Assembly: GCF_009914755.1 (NCBI RefSeq)
Contig: NC_060928.1
Strand: one strand, 5' to 3'
Source of the DNA: the human T2T-CHM13v2.0 reference genome, Homo sapiens
DNA length: 64,000 nucleotides
Within the stretch, counting starts at the first letter, position 1. Every line of letters begins with the position of its first letter. Under the pieces are notes generated by a model, which was not told where the DNA came from, did not search any database, and saw only the letters and a list, made by a program, of their open reading frames with translations. This document shows positions 1 through 13,962 of this stretch, piece by piece. Made by a program: the position numbers and the translations under genes.

Positions 1-1229
1 TGCAATATAAGTTACTTTTTTAATTTAAATTTTATTTGTGCATGATTACTTAACAAACTTTTATAAATGAAACATTTATGAAAGATACTTTATCATTCAC
101 TACAGGTGATGTAAAGATGAGTAGACTTTAATATCTGTTCTCCAGGCCCGTATACTCTAGCGGTCATAGTAACCAGATAACACAAATAAGAATATTGGAA
201 AATGGCTTCAAAAGGTACAAGACTCTGTCAAAATTCAAAGAAATAAAATAGACTTCTATCATCTTGGAGGAAGACAGCATTTAAGTCAGGTTTTAAACAT
301 AAGTAAAAACTGAGCACAACGAGAGGGTATTAAAATAGTGAGGAGGGAAACCACACGGTGTGTTCTAGGAATGATGAGCGAGTCAGATTGGCCGCATCAT
401 TTAACGTATATCGAGAAACAGTGTGAGAAAAGACTGCAATATATAGCTTGTGGAGAAATTTGAATAATCAGATCAAATTATAAGAAATTATTGGCCATAA
501 TACGGAGTTGTCAAAACTTTCTGAGTAGGGAAATTTAATAAAATTTCTTAGGTTTAAGATTATTAATCTGGCAGATATGTATAAAAGGAATTTGAGAACA
601 AATTTACTGGAAATAATTAAAAGTACTGACGAAAGGTCCACGAAATAGAGGAGAGGGGTAAGAGTAGTTTAATGTAATGGCCTGGGAGAGAGAAATACTT
701 TGGACTTAAGCATTATGGTGTGTAGAAATGAACATCTTCTCTTTACAAAAATGTTTGCTTCACTTTCCATAGCTTAAAATTTTAGCTAAGAAGAAGCTGT
801 CTGGCAGGGAATTTATGTTTTAAATCCCTTTTCTGTAAGAGATAGCTAAAAGTTTAAAGATAGCTAAAACCATGCAAGGGGACATGACAGTAAAATTATT
901 AGGATGGATGAGAAAGAAGCAAATTTACCTTCTCCAACTTCTTTTCCTGTAAGTGCAGGAACTCAGAGGGTCAGGGATGTTTGAAATTAAAGATGGGAGA
1001 AGCCCTGTTTCCTAACTTACCACATGGAAGGGTAACTCCTGAAAACCTGCAAAAAGAATGAAGTGTTATGTTACCAAATCTTTCTCTCTCTAAGGTTTGG
1101 GGTTTTTGCAACTAGCCTTGCCCTGTTTACTAACATTGATACCACCTACAGCACCCTGCATATATTTTATTATTTTAGTGTTTAAGCAATAGGCACGAAG
1201 CATTCTTTTCTGTTATATAGTAAAAGGAA

Positions 1230-2612
1230 TTAGGGCTCCTTAGAAAAATGCTGATGTTAGGCATAAGGCCGAATATCTACAAGATGAATCTGGAGCATCT
1301 TCTGGCATCAGAGAGTGAGGAAGTACTCAACATAGTCACTCCCACACACACGGAGGGAATATATCAAAAGAACACTGAAGCCAACTGAAAGAATTCCCAA
1401 AAGTCCAATCTACAATACACTGAGCAACAAAATAAATTTAAAAGTATTAGATTATAACCCAAAGTAAAAAATAAATATCCATGAACCCATATTAATATAA
1501 ATAAATAAGCAAATGGATAAAAATGCAGAAGAATTCCAAATGGTGTATGTAGATAACTTCACCCTCAAAAAGCTGGAGCGTAAATGTCCACTTTTTAAGT
1601 GTGTGGATAAGTGGCTTACCTCCAAAAAGTATAGAATAGAAAGGCAGAAAAAAATAGTAACTTAATGGTGAAGAAACCTCACTGATATGGCTTGGCTGTG
1701 TCCCCACCCAAATCTCATCTTGAATTGTAGCTCCCATAATTTCCACGTGTCATGGGAGGGACCCAGTGAGAGGTAATTGAATCATGGGGGCAGGTATTTG
1801 CCATGATTTTCTCATGATAGTGAATAAGTGTCACAAAATCTGATGGTTTTATAGAGGAGAGTTCCCCTGCACATGCTGTCTTGCCTGCCACCATGTAAGA
1901 ACATGACTTTGCACCTTCTTGCCTTCTGCCATGATGGTGAGGCCTCCCCAGCCACATGGAACTGTAAATCAATTAAATATCTTTCCTTTATAAATTACCC
2001 AGACTTGGGTATGACTTTATTAGCAGTGTGAAAACACACTAATACACTGACAAACACTATCTTAACCAGGTGATTGAGGATAATATCAACATCAACAGTG
2101 GTAAGTAAATATGATAATATGTACTCTTGATATGAAGTAATGAAATGGTACTTTATTTTAGTAATTTTCCTAGAAACCCATGTTCTCAGTCTAATAATGC
2201 AAAAAAAAAATCAAGCAAATGCCAGTTGAAGGTTATTATACAAAATACTTCACTATTATTTCTCAAAACTGTCAAGGTTGTCAAAAATAAGAAAAGCTTG
2301 ATAAACTATCACAACCAAGAAGTATGATGTGACATAATGAAATATGACAACTAAATGTAATATAGTATCTTGTATGGAATCTTGGAACAAAAAAAAGGAC
2401 ATTAGCTAAAAATTAATGAAACCTGAATAAATTATGTAGCTAATTTAATAACATTGTATCAATATTGACTCACTCATTTTGGCAAGTGTACCATAATAAT
2501 TAAGACGTTAATAATATTAGAAACTTGATGTGGGGTATACAGGAATTCTCTCTCCTATCTTCAAACATTTTCTATAAATCTAAAACTATTCTAAAATAAA
2601 AAGTTCATTTAA
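1230..2612 (+). mobile_element. Old LINE-1 3' region (L1MC/L1MD-like), interrupted by a THE1 LTR
   Basis: L1M 3'UTR-like motifs (gattataacccaaag, caaacactatcttaaccagg, gtgtaccataata...ttaataat) ending in ctaaaataaaaag; the sequence resumes across the LTR. Boundaries approximate. Confidence 0.6.
1683..2046 (+). mobile_element. THE1B-like MaLR solo LTR
   Basis: Starts tgatatggcttggctgtgtccccacccaaatctcatcttgaattgtagctccc and ends ...cactaataca; 5-bp TSD ctcac/ctgac. Confidence 0.9.
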
Positions 2613-2744
2613 AAAGATAATAATTATAGAATAATCACCCAGAAGGTAGTAATAGACCACAATTACACTTATAAAAGAATTTATCCCAGAAAGCAGAATA
2701 AGCATCTAATGAATATATTTAGCCATCATCAGAAAAAAAGGTAA

Positions 2745-3210
2745 TTTGGGAGACACTTCTTCATGGGTCTCTCATATTTCTGCACATCTTATGAGTGAGA
2801 TAGTCATGTTCCTTTCTTCCAAACTATCTTTCCAAAGGTGTTAGTATAGAAAACTTTTTATATATCACACATTTGTATCACACACAGCCTTGAAAGATAG
2901 AATTAATGGCAGGTTCATTTACTTCCCATTACAAAAGATCCAGATTCCCTCAGCTCATGTTTCCTCTCCTGCAACACAACTCATTGCATGTGAAGGCAGT
3001 ACAAAGAGTGCTCATGTTTCCCTGAGGGAACTGACTCATAGTACAGGCACACACATACAAAATACTAATATTCTGACAACTAGTGCTGTAAATATTAAAC
3101 TGACTTTCGCCTTCATCTGTGATCCAGAAATCTTATATATCCTACCCGCAGCCACGAAACTAGCCAAGCTAAACTGTTAGTTTGCAAGCAGTGTGACATT
3201 TCAGATACTT
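2745..3210 (+). mobile_element. ERV solo LTR, LTR47-like
   Basis: tttgggagacacttcttcatgggtctctcatatttctgcacatctt matches the recalled LTR47 5' end; attaaa poly(A)-like signal near 3093. Confidence 0.55.
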
Positions 3211-3303
3211 AGATGTGTCTCCTATTCTTTTCATTTCCAAAGGGGAGTTTTTGTTGCATATACCACTGTTGTATATTGAGTGATTTAACTAAATTATTTT
3301 TAG

Positions 3304-3636
<333 letters not shown>

Positions 3637-3989
3637 AGTTCATGTTTTTAAGATATGGTATGCATATGCAGATGTAATAAATAAATGTGTATATTCAGAT
3701 CTGATGAAGTGGCATCTTTTTCAGATGTGGGCTTTTGTGTGCATGGGAGGACAAGCATGCAGAAATATTTGTGGCCTTACGTTCAGACTTTGGCCCAGGT
3801 GTACTATAGTGTTCAATTGTTTTTCCCTGGGAAATAACGATGAGGCCAAGGAATATGTTTCCAGTCCCTTTGAATCTAGGCATGATTATGTAAAAAATAA
3901 ATGTAAAAGAGACATGATGTGCAATTTTCTGGGCAATGTACCAAAAGGTATATGAGCTTCTATGCTGCTTCATTTCTATCCAAGTGGTA

Positions 3990-4274
3990 TAATGCTGGAA
4001 GGAGTAGACCTGGCTGTTATTGGCTTTGAAGATGGTAGAGGGGGCCACAAGCAAAGAAAGGAATGCAGGCAACCTCTAGAAGCTGTAAAGGGCAGGCAAA
4101 CAGATTCTCTGCTAGTACCTGTAAAAAGGAACACAGCACGGCTGGCATCTGGATTTTCATCCAGTCGGTCTCATTTCAGATTACTGCTACCAGGCCTTAA
4201 AGCATTTAATTTGCATTGTTTTGGAGAACGAAGTTTGTGATAATTTGTTACAGCAGTCACAGAAAATTAATACA
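3990..4274 (+). mobile_element. MLT1 (MLT1D-like) MaLR LTR, 3' part
   Basis: ggctttgaagatgg...gaatgcaggcaacctctagaagctg...ttgttacagcagtcacagaaaattaataca. Confidence 0.75.
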
Positions 4275-5186
4275 GTAGTCGTTCTCACGCAGAGGTGATA
4301 TTTTAAACCACAAGTAAGTAAAAGATCAGCAGGAAAGAGAAATTAAAAATAAAAAAAAGACAACATAATTAAAAGGAATGAAAAAATGTAATCCATAGAA
4401 TAGTTCTTTAATAATATCCATCCTTTCATCAAGATAAGGAAAAGAAACAGAGGAGATGTCAACTGTAAGGAAGACAGAGCCCTTGTTCAAAGTAGTAGGA
4501 AAATTGTTAAACCATAACATAAACAGTGTTATACTATTGTTCCATGGTATCTCAATGTGTCATTTTTTTTTCATTTAATATTTAATGTCATACTATTGAA
4601 AACAAATAATCTCTAGGTGCCAGGTAAATGGTGCCTCGTGGCCATGGTTCATCACTAGACATATATGTGATACCTATCAACTACTAAAAACCCCTCTCGC
4701 CATCAATCTGACCAATGCACCATTGCTTGATCAAGAGAGAGGAATTTGAACCAGGCAATTCCTGACTCTTTCCTCAAGTACACACCTCTAACCAGGGAAA
4801 GATGGCCAATGCCCAGAGGTTGATCTACATCTGTGAAGCTGTGGATAACTGAAGGAGTGGGCTGGTAAATAAGAGGTTCACACCTGAGAAATCAACCTCC
4901 CGGTAACAGGCTAGATGTCTCCTGTTTGTGGAGAAGCATGCAGAGAAAAGTACAGCTGTGAATGTCACTACCCAAAATTCAAGGTAGGTGGAGAATGGAG
5001 TACACTCCTAGAAAAAGGAATGTGAATAGGGGGCCAACTGTAACTCTTACATCAACACAGAGGATTGTGGTCTGATTATGGACTGGCACAGGGCTCTGTA
5101 GTCCTCTGATCAAGTTATACCTTTCCTTATTCTACAGGACTCTAACTACAGAAGTGAAGTATTGAAACTAAAAATGTTAGACCCCA

Positions 5187-5358
5187 GGCTGGGCCTGGTG
5201 GTGAGTGCCTACAGTACCAGCTACTCTGGAAGCTGAGGCAGGAGGATCAATTAAGCCAGTTAGTTCAAGGCTATAATGCACCATGATTGCACCTGTGAAG
5301 AGCCATGGCACCCTACCCTAGACAACATAGCTAGACCTTGTCTCTTAAAATAAATAAA
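5187..5358 (+). mobile_element. FAM (fossil Alu monomer)
   Basis: Single 7SL-derived monomer with the FAM-type tgcacctgtgaagagcca segment and an A-rich tail. Confidence 0.8.
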
Positions 5359-6845
5359 GTATCAGACCACACATTCATTGGTTAGTACAAATATTTAATA
5401 AAATTAGAAACAAATTTTGGCTTAATGTCAATCATCAGGAAGTCTGGAATTGGTCGCTACTAATCTATTAACTATTGGGATCATAAACAGGAATAGGAAA
5501 CCAGACAAAATTATGAAAACCAAAAGGAAGGGATTTTTAAAAAAAATCTTCTTTAGCTTTTGATTAAGCTATGTCTGACTATATATAACTTTGGAGAGAA
5601 CTGGGGCTATTTCCATGGTTATTAACATCAAGGAAAAGAGCATTTATTTAAGCCATTCTAGAGTTTATTAACAACAAATGCCAATCTTTCTGCATGGATG
5701 TGTGTATAGAAAATTACTAAGGATTTATACATGTTCCTGAGGACATACACACACAAATAACCAAAAAGCTAAGATTTAACTTAAATAATTTTGATCTGTT
5801 TAAGATTGATAAGAATATTTTCTGTCACTTTTTTTTAATGTCACGAAAGTAGCTTTCTTGGTTAAGAATGTTATTTAAAACACATGAAAAAAATAAAACA
5901 AGTTTCGTTGACATTCACATCTGCACAAGACAGGCCACAGATACTCTATGGCTTATATTTTCTTAGGGGCACAGATCATAATTTTATCATTTTAGTTATC
6001 TTATTAAACTAAATAATTCCTAGTCACTCTTCAAAATAATTATGTTTGTATTTTTTATTTTCGACTCAATGACAGATGAAAACAAAGATGACATTTTAAA
6101 GTCAACAGCTCTGTGTTTGGTAAGTATATGTTAATAATACTCTGGTAATTTATTAGCTATCATAAAGCCTATATTTTCAAATACTGATTTAAAGTATCTA
6201 TATAGTAAAATAAAGAATTAATATTAAAGAATACAAACCAAGACGGGGAAAACTATCATAATTTTTAAAATATCAATTTATTGGCTAATTTGTCTTTCCA
6301 TTAACCAAACAGTTACAAAGTATCTTTCTTCTGTCAGGATTGAGCTAATTACATTTCACAGGAGATTTCTCATTTAATATTAACTGAGTACATGACTGGA
6401 GTAATGAATAAATTATGAATAAATTAATTGTTGCCTGTTTATCTTTGAATCACTAGTATACATAATTTACTTCAGGAAGAAAACTTAAAATGTGACATGG
6501 AAAAAAATTATAGGAATCCTGGGTTCAGATCACAGCTTTAACATATAGTTGTTATGTGATCTTAGGTAAGCTATTTAATCTGTCCTGGAAATCAACATGT
6601 TATATATTTTTTTAGATTTTGGGTTCTGTATTCTTATTATCTATATTCATTTCCTAGCTCAATAAATATAGAGAAGGGCCAAAATACCCTTTTAATCCCT
6701 TCATTTCCTCAGCAATAATAGAAAAACGATATTATTACTTCCCTGTTACAGTATTTGTGAAGACTAAATGGGTGGATTCATGAAAAGCATTTAAAAGAGA
6801 ATACTTCCTTCAACTTCACCCAGTATTAGTTATCTATTATCCATA

Positions 6846-7262
6846 TGATGTGGGTGTGTGACCCTTCCAAATCTTATGTTGAAATGTGTTCACCAGTGTT
6901 GGAAGCGGGGCCTAGTAGCAGGCATTGTGTTTTGGGAGGTCAATCTCTCACGAATGACTTAGTATCTTCTTCATGGTAAAGAGTGAGTTCTCCCTCAGGG
7001 TTCACGTGAAATCTGGTTTTTTAAAAGAGCATGGAACTTCTCCCCTCTCTCTTACTTCCTCTCTCACCATGTGACATGTCTGCTCCCACTTTGCCTTTAG
7101 CCATGACTGTAAGCTCACTGAGGCCTCACTGGAAGTTGAGTTGATGTTGGTGCCATGCTTCCTGTACAACTTGTAGAACCCTGAGCCAATTAAATCTCTT
7201 TTCTTTATAAATTACCAAGCCTTTGGTATTTCTTTATAACAATGCAAAAATGAACTTACACA
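6846..7262 (+). mobile_element. MSTB/MSTC-like MaLR LTR
   Basis: ccaaatcttatgttgaaatg...gagccaattaaatctcttttctttataaattacc...ttacaca. Confidence 0.8.
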
Positions 7263-7289
7263 ATTCATTGTGCACAATCCACAGGTGCA

Positions 7290-7495
7290 ATTTCGTCTGC
7301 CTTTGACCTTTCAGCCTCCTTTTATGAAGTTCCTTGCGGTTACATTAGTCCCACTTGGACATCCAGGATATTTGTCCCATTTCAAGATCCTTAACATAAT
7401 TACATCAGCAAAGCTCCTTTTGGCTTGTTAAGAAATATAATTATAGCTTTACAGGATTATGATATGAACATCTTGGGGGCCATTTTTCTGCCTGT
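7290..7495 (-). mobile_element. MLT1 MaLR LTR fragment
   Basis: tcaagatccttaacataattacatcagcaaag...catcttgggggccatt, the reverse complement of the MLT1 5' part. Confidence 0.65.
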
Positions 7496-9109
7496 TAAAG
7501 AAATTAATAAAAACAATTCAAAATAAAAGAAGGAAGAAAAATCAGATTTACAAGTTTTCTTTTTATTTAATTTAGAGAAAGTTATAATAACTTTCAACCC
7601 TAATGGAAAAATAACAAAACTAGGTTTTTCATAATTTTGCCAAATTTTTAAAAAAGTATTTGTTATCATCTACTTGTATAGAATAAACTTAAAAAACCAT
7701 GTTTATGATATTATTAAACTTGACCCACATTGGCATAAGATTTATTGAGTAAAAAAAAAAAACAGTTTTATGTCATACGCTGAGACAATTTTTTAAAAAA
7801 CATATATAAATATATAAAATTATATCCCAACTGAAAAATTAAAGAATCTGCAGGTATGAAAGCAATAATTTTTAAGTTAAAAAAAGCATTTATAGGAATG
7901 GTGGAAGTATGAGTGTAAATATCCCACTCAAATGAATTGCCCTAGGAACTATAGGTTATTTTAAAATGCAACTATATCCTTTGACATTTCTCTAGAACTC
8001 ATTTTTTTTAACCAATCCAATTTCCACATGTGCCATTTGGTAAAAAGGAAAGGTAAATTATCTGCCAAGGTGCTCAACAGTGAAGAAAACTACACATTTT
8101 ATTGAAAATAAATGTCATACAACAAAAGCTATAAAAAGAGAAGGAGTAAAACAAGCAAAAATTCAGAAATAAAGCATATATGTAACCAGTATACAAATGG
8201 ATCAACGGAAAAAATTAAAATAAAATGGAATTAGTACTGATAGAATCAGTACCACATAAACTGAATCAGTACTGATAAAATAATTTGCTTAAGATAAGCA
8301 AAAGTTTACTGAATTTAACCTTTTGAGGTCTTATGAACACAGGTAGTATACTTTTGAAAAGAAAACAATATATTTTACTCTCATTTCAAAAATTTTTAAA
8401 TGTTATTTGAGACATCTTAAAAGAAGATTTTCTTATCTCTCCACCTGTATCTTTCTTTTATTTCTTTGGATACCAAAACATTGTCCCTTTTTTCATATTT
8501 AATTCCATCAAATCATAACATAAGATTTTAGTATCTTTATTCTTGGTTTTATGATTTTATCTTTCCTCCCACACTCTTAGTGATTAGGTTTTTTCTACTT
8601 CATTTCTATGCTTTACATCTGTTAGAACCCTTATAACACACTAGCAATGATGTGTGTACAGCTCTCTGGTCACTATGTCAGTAACTTGAGATGACATGTA
8701 ATATTTTTATCCTAATTATTGTAAATCCCAAATCACTCATCACAATGTCTGGCATAGAGTAGAACTTCAATGCAGTATTATTAAATAATGATTGCTTATT
8801 ATGCATAGGGCTAATGCTTATAACAATTAATGAAGATCTTACTATTTTCTAAAAATAAAATGCTAGAGATATGTAAGTGTTATGAGACATAGTGGAGTTA
8901 TCAGAAAAGGATGTGGGTTATAATAAAAGTTTAGATCCTAATTTACCAATACCTTTAAAATAAGATCAAATTATCAACTATTTCTAGACTTTCATCACTT
9001 ATTTTCTGAGGTCAAATATGGTAGAAATAAAAAAAAATCTTAAAGTGAAGATCAATAGAAAATACAGATAACAAAATAAATGTATCTGTTTAATTAGCTT
9101 TTATTATGT

Positions 9110-9310
9110 TCTAGTGCTAGTCATTAATTGTGCTAATACTTTATACACAATCCTATATAATTTAATCCTCAAAACACTTGTGAATAATAGTTGCTGTCAC
9201 CATTTTTCAAATGAGGATCACATGAATAAAGTCTTACATTTAGAAGTGATGAAATGAGAATTCAATCAAGTCCTGTCCAAGTCCAAAATTATGCCTTCTC
9301 ATCAGACCAG
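9110..9310 (-). mobile_element. MIR SINE
   Basis: tttaatcctcaaaacac...catttttcaaatgagga...gagaattcaatcaagtc, MIR core. Confidence 0.6.
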
Positions 9311-9419
9311 TTTTATTGTGTCCTTTACTCACCAAAGCTTTTCAGGAGAGCTACAAGATTCAGTCTGAATCTTTATTCTCCATATTCACCCATACCGGAT
9401 GATCTAGTTAGAAGCACTG

Positions 9420-9793
9420 GAATAGTCTATTCTCATGCTGCTATAAAGGACTACCAAGACTGGGTAATTTATAAAGAAAAGAGGTTTAATTGACTCACAG
9501 TTCAGTGGGGCAGGTGAGGCCTCAGGAAGCCTACAATCATGGTGGAAGGGGAAGCAAACACGTCCTTCTTCACATGTCGGCAATAGGAGAGGTGCCATGA
9601 CAAAGGAGGAAAAGCCCCTTATAAAACCATCAGATCTCATGAGAACTCACTCATTATCATGGGAGCAGCAGCATGGGTGTAACCATCCTCATGATTCAGT
9701 TACCTACCACCAGGTCCCTCCCACAACACATGGTGATTATGGGAACTACAATTCAAAATTAGATTTGGGTGGGGACACAGCCAAACCATATCA
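9420..9793 (-). mobile_element. THE1 (THE1C/D-like) MaLR solo LTR
   Basis: tagtctattctcatgctgctataaagga...gatttgggtggggacacagccaaaccatatca is the reverse complement of THE1. Confidence 0.9.
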
Positions 9794-10292
9794 AGCACCC
9801 TTTACATTGTTTTACAAAATTGTCAGGGACTATGTGTTATGTCTAAACAATGTATAAAATCTGAACACTTTTAGATTCCAAGATCTGTGTCCAAAACATC
9901 ATCTATTACTTTCAGTTTGCTATATATTATGAAATTTTTAAAAAAGAAAAACTTGCCTGAAGTAAACTTTTTTGATTTTTTCATTTTTAAAAAAATTTAT
10001 AAAAATAGATTCATATACAAAGAAGAAGCACATATACAGAGCACCCCAATTACCAGTACGGTGGACTCTAGCCCTTCTTTTCTGCATTGGGAAACAGAAC
10101 AGAGAATAGAAAAAATGATTCCATCTTGCTCTTAACTCTTCCACCTATGTGCTCAGTTTTTCAAGCAGAGTTTCTGTTTCTTTGTTGGTGGTTTTGGTAT
10201 TTTCCAGTGTAGGAATCAAGCTTTTCAATGCAGCTTTGACTTTGCTTGCAACTTCTGGGTCACAACTCTGGAGAAGGCTAGAAGTAAACTTT

Positions 10293-10535
10293 TGGGAATT
10301 GAACAATGAGAACACATGGACACAGGAAGGGGAACATCACACACCGGGGCCTGTTGTGGGGGTGGGGGCAGGGGGAGGGATAGCATTAGGAGATATACCT
10401 AAGGTTAAATGACGAGTTAATGGGTGCAGCACACCAACATGGCACGTGTATACACATGTAACTAACCTGCACGTTCTGCACATGTACCCTAAAGCTTAAA
10501 GTATAATAAAAAAAAAATAAATAAAAAAATAAAAG
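10293..10535 (+). mobile_element. Severely 5'-truncated L1PA3/4-type 3' end with poly(A)
   Basis: gggaattgaacaatgagaacacatggacacaggaagggg...cttaaagtataataaaaaaa; G-rich polypurine tract. Confidence 0.92.
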
Positions 10536-10545
10536 AAAATGTTTC

Positions 10546-10690
10546 TATTTTATTTTATTTTGAGACATGGTCATGGCTGTGGCATCTAGGCTGGAGCGCA
10601 GTGGAACCTTGATCTCCTGGGCTCAAGTGATTCTCCCACCTCAGCCTCCCAAAGTGCTGCGGTTAAAGGCATGAGCCACTGCACCAGGCC
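10546..10690 (-). mobile_element. FLAM/old Alu monomer-length fragment
   Basis: ttttgagacatggtc...ctcctgggctcaagtgattctcccacctcagcctcccaaagtgctg...gagccactgcaccaggcc. Confidence 0.8.
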
Positions 10691-12224
10691 CCATTTTTCT
10701 GGATATGCTCTTCTTACTGTATCTAGTCTCTTTGTAATTCACAGGAATCTTAGAGAACATGGATTTTATTTTATTATAGATTGAGTTCTTAAATGTAGCT
10801 TCCTAACATATTTAGGCAGTGCCATTATTATATTCATCTCCACTGCCTACAACGATGAACTGGGTGAAAATTCTGTCTTTCTCATTCACGAGAACATTCT
10901 TTGTCTGTGTTGTTTTACCAACTGCATTCCCTCTCCAGGAAGTAGATCTCTGTGCAATGAATCTTTCTGAGCTGCTGTGGTGAGAGGGATGCAGTAAGTC
11001 ATTACAACTATGTAATGTAAGAAACATTCCATATATTTTCTGATTTTTTTCCCGAGTCTTCACAGATGAGGATTCTGAGGTTTGCTCTAGCTATGTTAAC
11101 TAGATGGTATTAAGGAAGAAACTGTCAAATATATTGTGGATTCTCTTTTGCAACTTTCTTAGGTAAATGTTGATGTTCCCTTTTCTGTGTTCCTATTGCA
11201 AATTTCACTGGTCCTAATATAATTTTAATCTTTGTTCAATTGCATTGAATTATCTCCTTTCATAGGAATGTAAGAACCTTGAAAGAAGATCTGTCACATT
11301 CGTATCTTTGACAATGTGAAAGACTTTGCACATTATACCTGATAAACATGAAAATTAATGAATACTTTTAATTATGAAAAGATTCAAGGTATGGATTTCT
11401 AATCTTAAAATTTATGAAAAATTAAATCACATATTAGTTTAGAGAAAAACTCAAGAAAAATCAAATCCCAAAAGATAGTCAGTGTCTGAAATGATCATGT
11501 TTTGTCTTCCAATACCTAAAACAACTCATTTATTAGATTTTCAAAGAAATGCAACATAAGCAATTCATCTTTTCTAAATCCTTTCTGAATTGAAAATAAA
11601 CCCTATTGTATTAAATTGCTGAATGAATTATCCAGATGCTTACCTGATTATTAAACAAGAGTAAATGAATTTCAGAAGTTTTTACTTAATGAGAGTTTTA
11701 ATATCACATTAAAAATTTACTGTAAACACTTAATACAAGTAAATAAATTTGATAAATAGTATCTATGTGTTTTAAGCCAAATAATTGAGAGTATGTTTTA
11801 CGTATCATAACATGGAATTTGAAAACCAAATAAAAGTGACTATAGAGTAAAATTTTGGGAATATAAATTTATGCTTAAATGGATATTATAATTTCTCTGA
11901 AATCAAAACAAGCTATTAAACAACTATATAATTATACAAAGAATGAAAAAGCTGCAACCAATTTGATAGATAAAAACAATAGTTATACATTTCAAATATA
12001 CTTCTGTATAATGTACTCCTGAAGCTATAAATTAAAATCCCCTGCTTTAACAGGAGTAAGCATAAATATAAGCAAAAGCCAACCTCACACTTTTCAATCA
12101 TTTCCTTTAAGTTTTTGCATACTATTCACCATTACTGGCTGTATACGACATATTTTTAAGTTGAAGCTTCATTATTAACATTTCTATCACTTTCTGAAGT
12201 CTAGGCAATTTAAACTAAACAACA

Positions 12225-12605
12225 GATTGAACCCTGTTTGTAGTGTGTGCTGATTTCTTTGCTGTTAAGTACTCATATCATAACTGATTTTAAGCTACCA
12301 ATGTGGTATCACTGAACACAAAATTGGGAGGAAATGCATGGTGGCACACTATTAGCATTTCCACCATACAGATAAACCAGACTCCAATTACCTCAAGACC
12401 ATTGACTACAGTAAAATTTTATAGTAACAAAATAATTAACAAGTAGTGAGCATTGAGTATTTATTACATTTAGGTATTATGTCTAATTGTAAATTGGTGT
12501 ATTTTTTAAATGATGACTGTGTTTAACTACTTATTTATAACATTCTTGTGAAACTAAAAGTAAGCATTTGTGAGCTAGTACCAATTGGCTACAACATACC
12601 ATTAC
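12225..12605 (-). mobile_element. MER63-like hAT DNA transposon fossil
   Basis: tttaagctaccaatgtggtatcactgaac...atttccaccatacagata...tgtgagctagtaccaattggctacaacatacca matches the recalled MER63 reverse complement. Confidence 0.6.
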
Positions 12606-13962
12606 TTGACTTTCATACAGCAGGAAATCAAGACTGGCTTGTAGTGTGGAAAAGACCTTGGGGTTCCACTAAAGATTTTTTAAGACATGGGTAAAGGAAT
12701 ATCTCGGGGATTATCTTAGGACATCAGTAGTGAGTAGAAATGTCACAGATGATACATTCACATCATTACTGCTTTTAATCAAGATGTAACAGGGACCAGA
12801 TTTACTCTTTTGACTGAAACAAGTTAAAAACTGAATGAAAATATGCAAATAGCATATCTTAAAGCATTGGACATCAGGTGCCAAGGGACAGTTATAGCTG
12901 AAAAAGGAAAAACAACAACAAAAAAGCAAAAACAAAATAAGCTTGCAATTTTTCCTTTTTTAGCCTAAAATTTTCAGGACATTATGCAGGAAGGGGTGAA
13001 CTCAGGCAGAGACTGGTAGTCTTTTTTAGTTGAAGATACAGATATGAGTGTCTGAAAAAACCAAGACAGCTCTAGTTCACAGAAAAAAGAGAAAACAGAT
13101 CTGTATAGAAAGAAAACTTTTGAGGCCTACCCAGTGTTCCTCTCAAGTATTCAGTTGAACACAAATCAGTGCATGTATAAGGACATTATCCCCGGCCAGG
13201 AAAAAAGATGTAGAGAGACTAGTGCCCCTAGCTTACAAAGGGCCAGAGAAAGAATTAGTTCTCATTAGCCAAAGGGGAAAAACTTACAATTCATGGACAA
13301 TCCATTAGACTCAGAGAATTCTTGCCTCTATAGTGGGGAAACATTAAGCTCAAAATAAAAATCCCAAAAGAATAAAACTGTTTCTAAGTTACTTAATTGT
13401 CTGTTTTTACAGACAACATATTTTACCTAGCCAATCCCAGAGTCTCTGCCCTAAAACTGCAGCTCTGAAAACAACTTCAGCAAAGTTTCAGGGTACAAAA
13501 ATCAACGTACGAAAATCAGTGACATTTCTATATACCAACAATATCCGAGCTGAGAGCCAAATCAAGAACACAGTAACATTGGCAATAGACACACACACAC
13601 ACTCACGAATACAGCTTACTAAGGATCTCTACAAAGAGAATTACAAAACACTCCTGGAGGAAAACAGAGACTGAACAAACAAGTGGAAAACCATTCAATG
13701 CTCATGGATAGGAAGAATCCATATTGTTAAAATGGTCATACTACCCACAACGATTTACAGATTCAATTTTATTCCTATCAAACTACCAATGACATTTTTC
13801 ACAGAATTAAAAAAAAAAACTATTCTGAAATTCATATGGAACCAAAAAAGAGCCCAAATAGCCAAAGCAATCCTAAGTAAAAAGAACAAAGTTGGAGAAA
13901 TCACACTACCCTACTTCAAACTATAATATAAGTCTACAGTAACCAAAACAGCATGGTACTGG

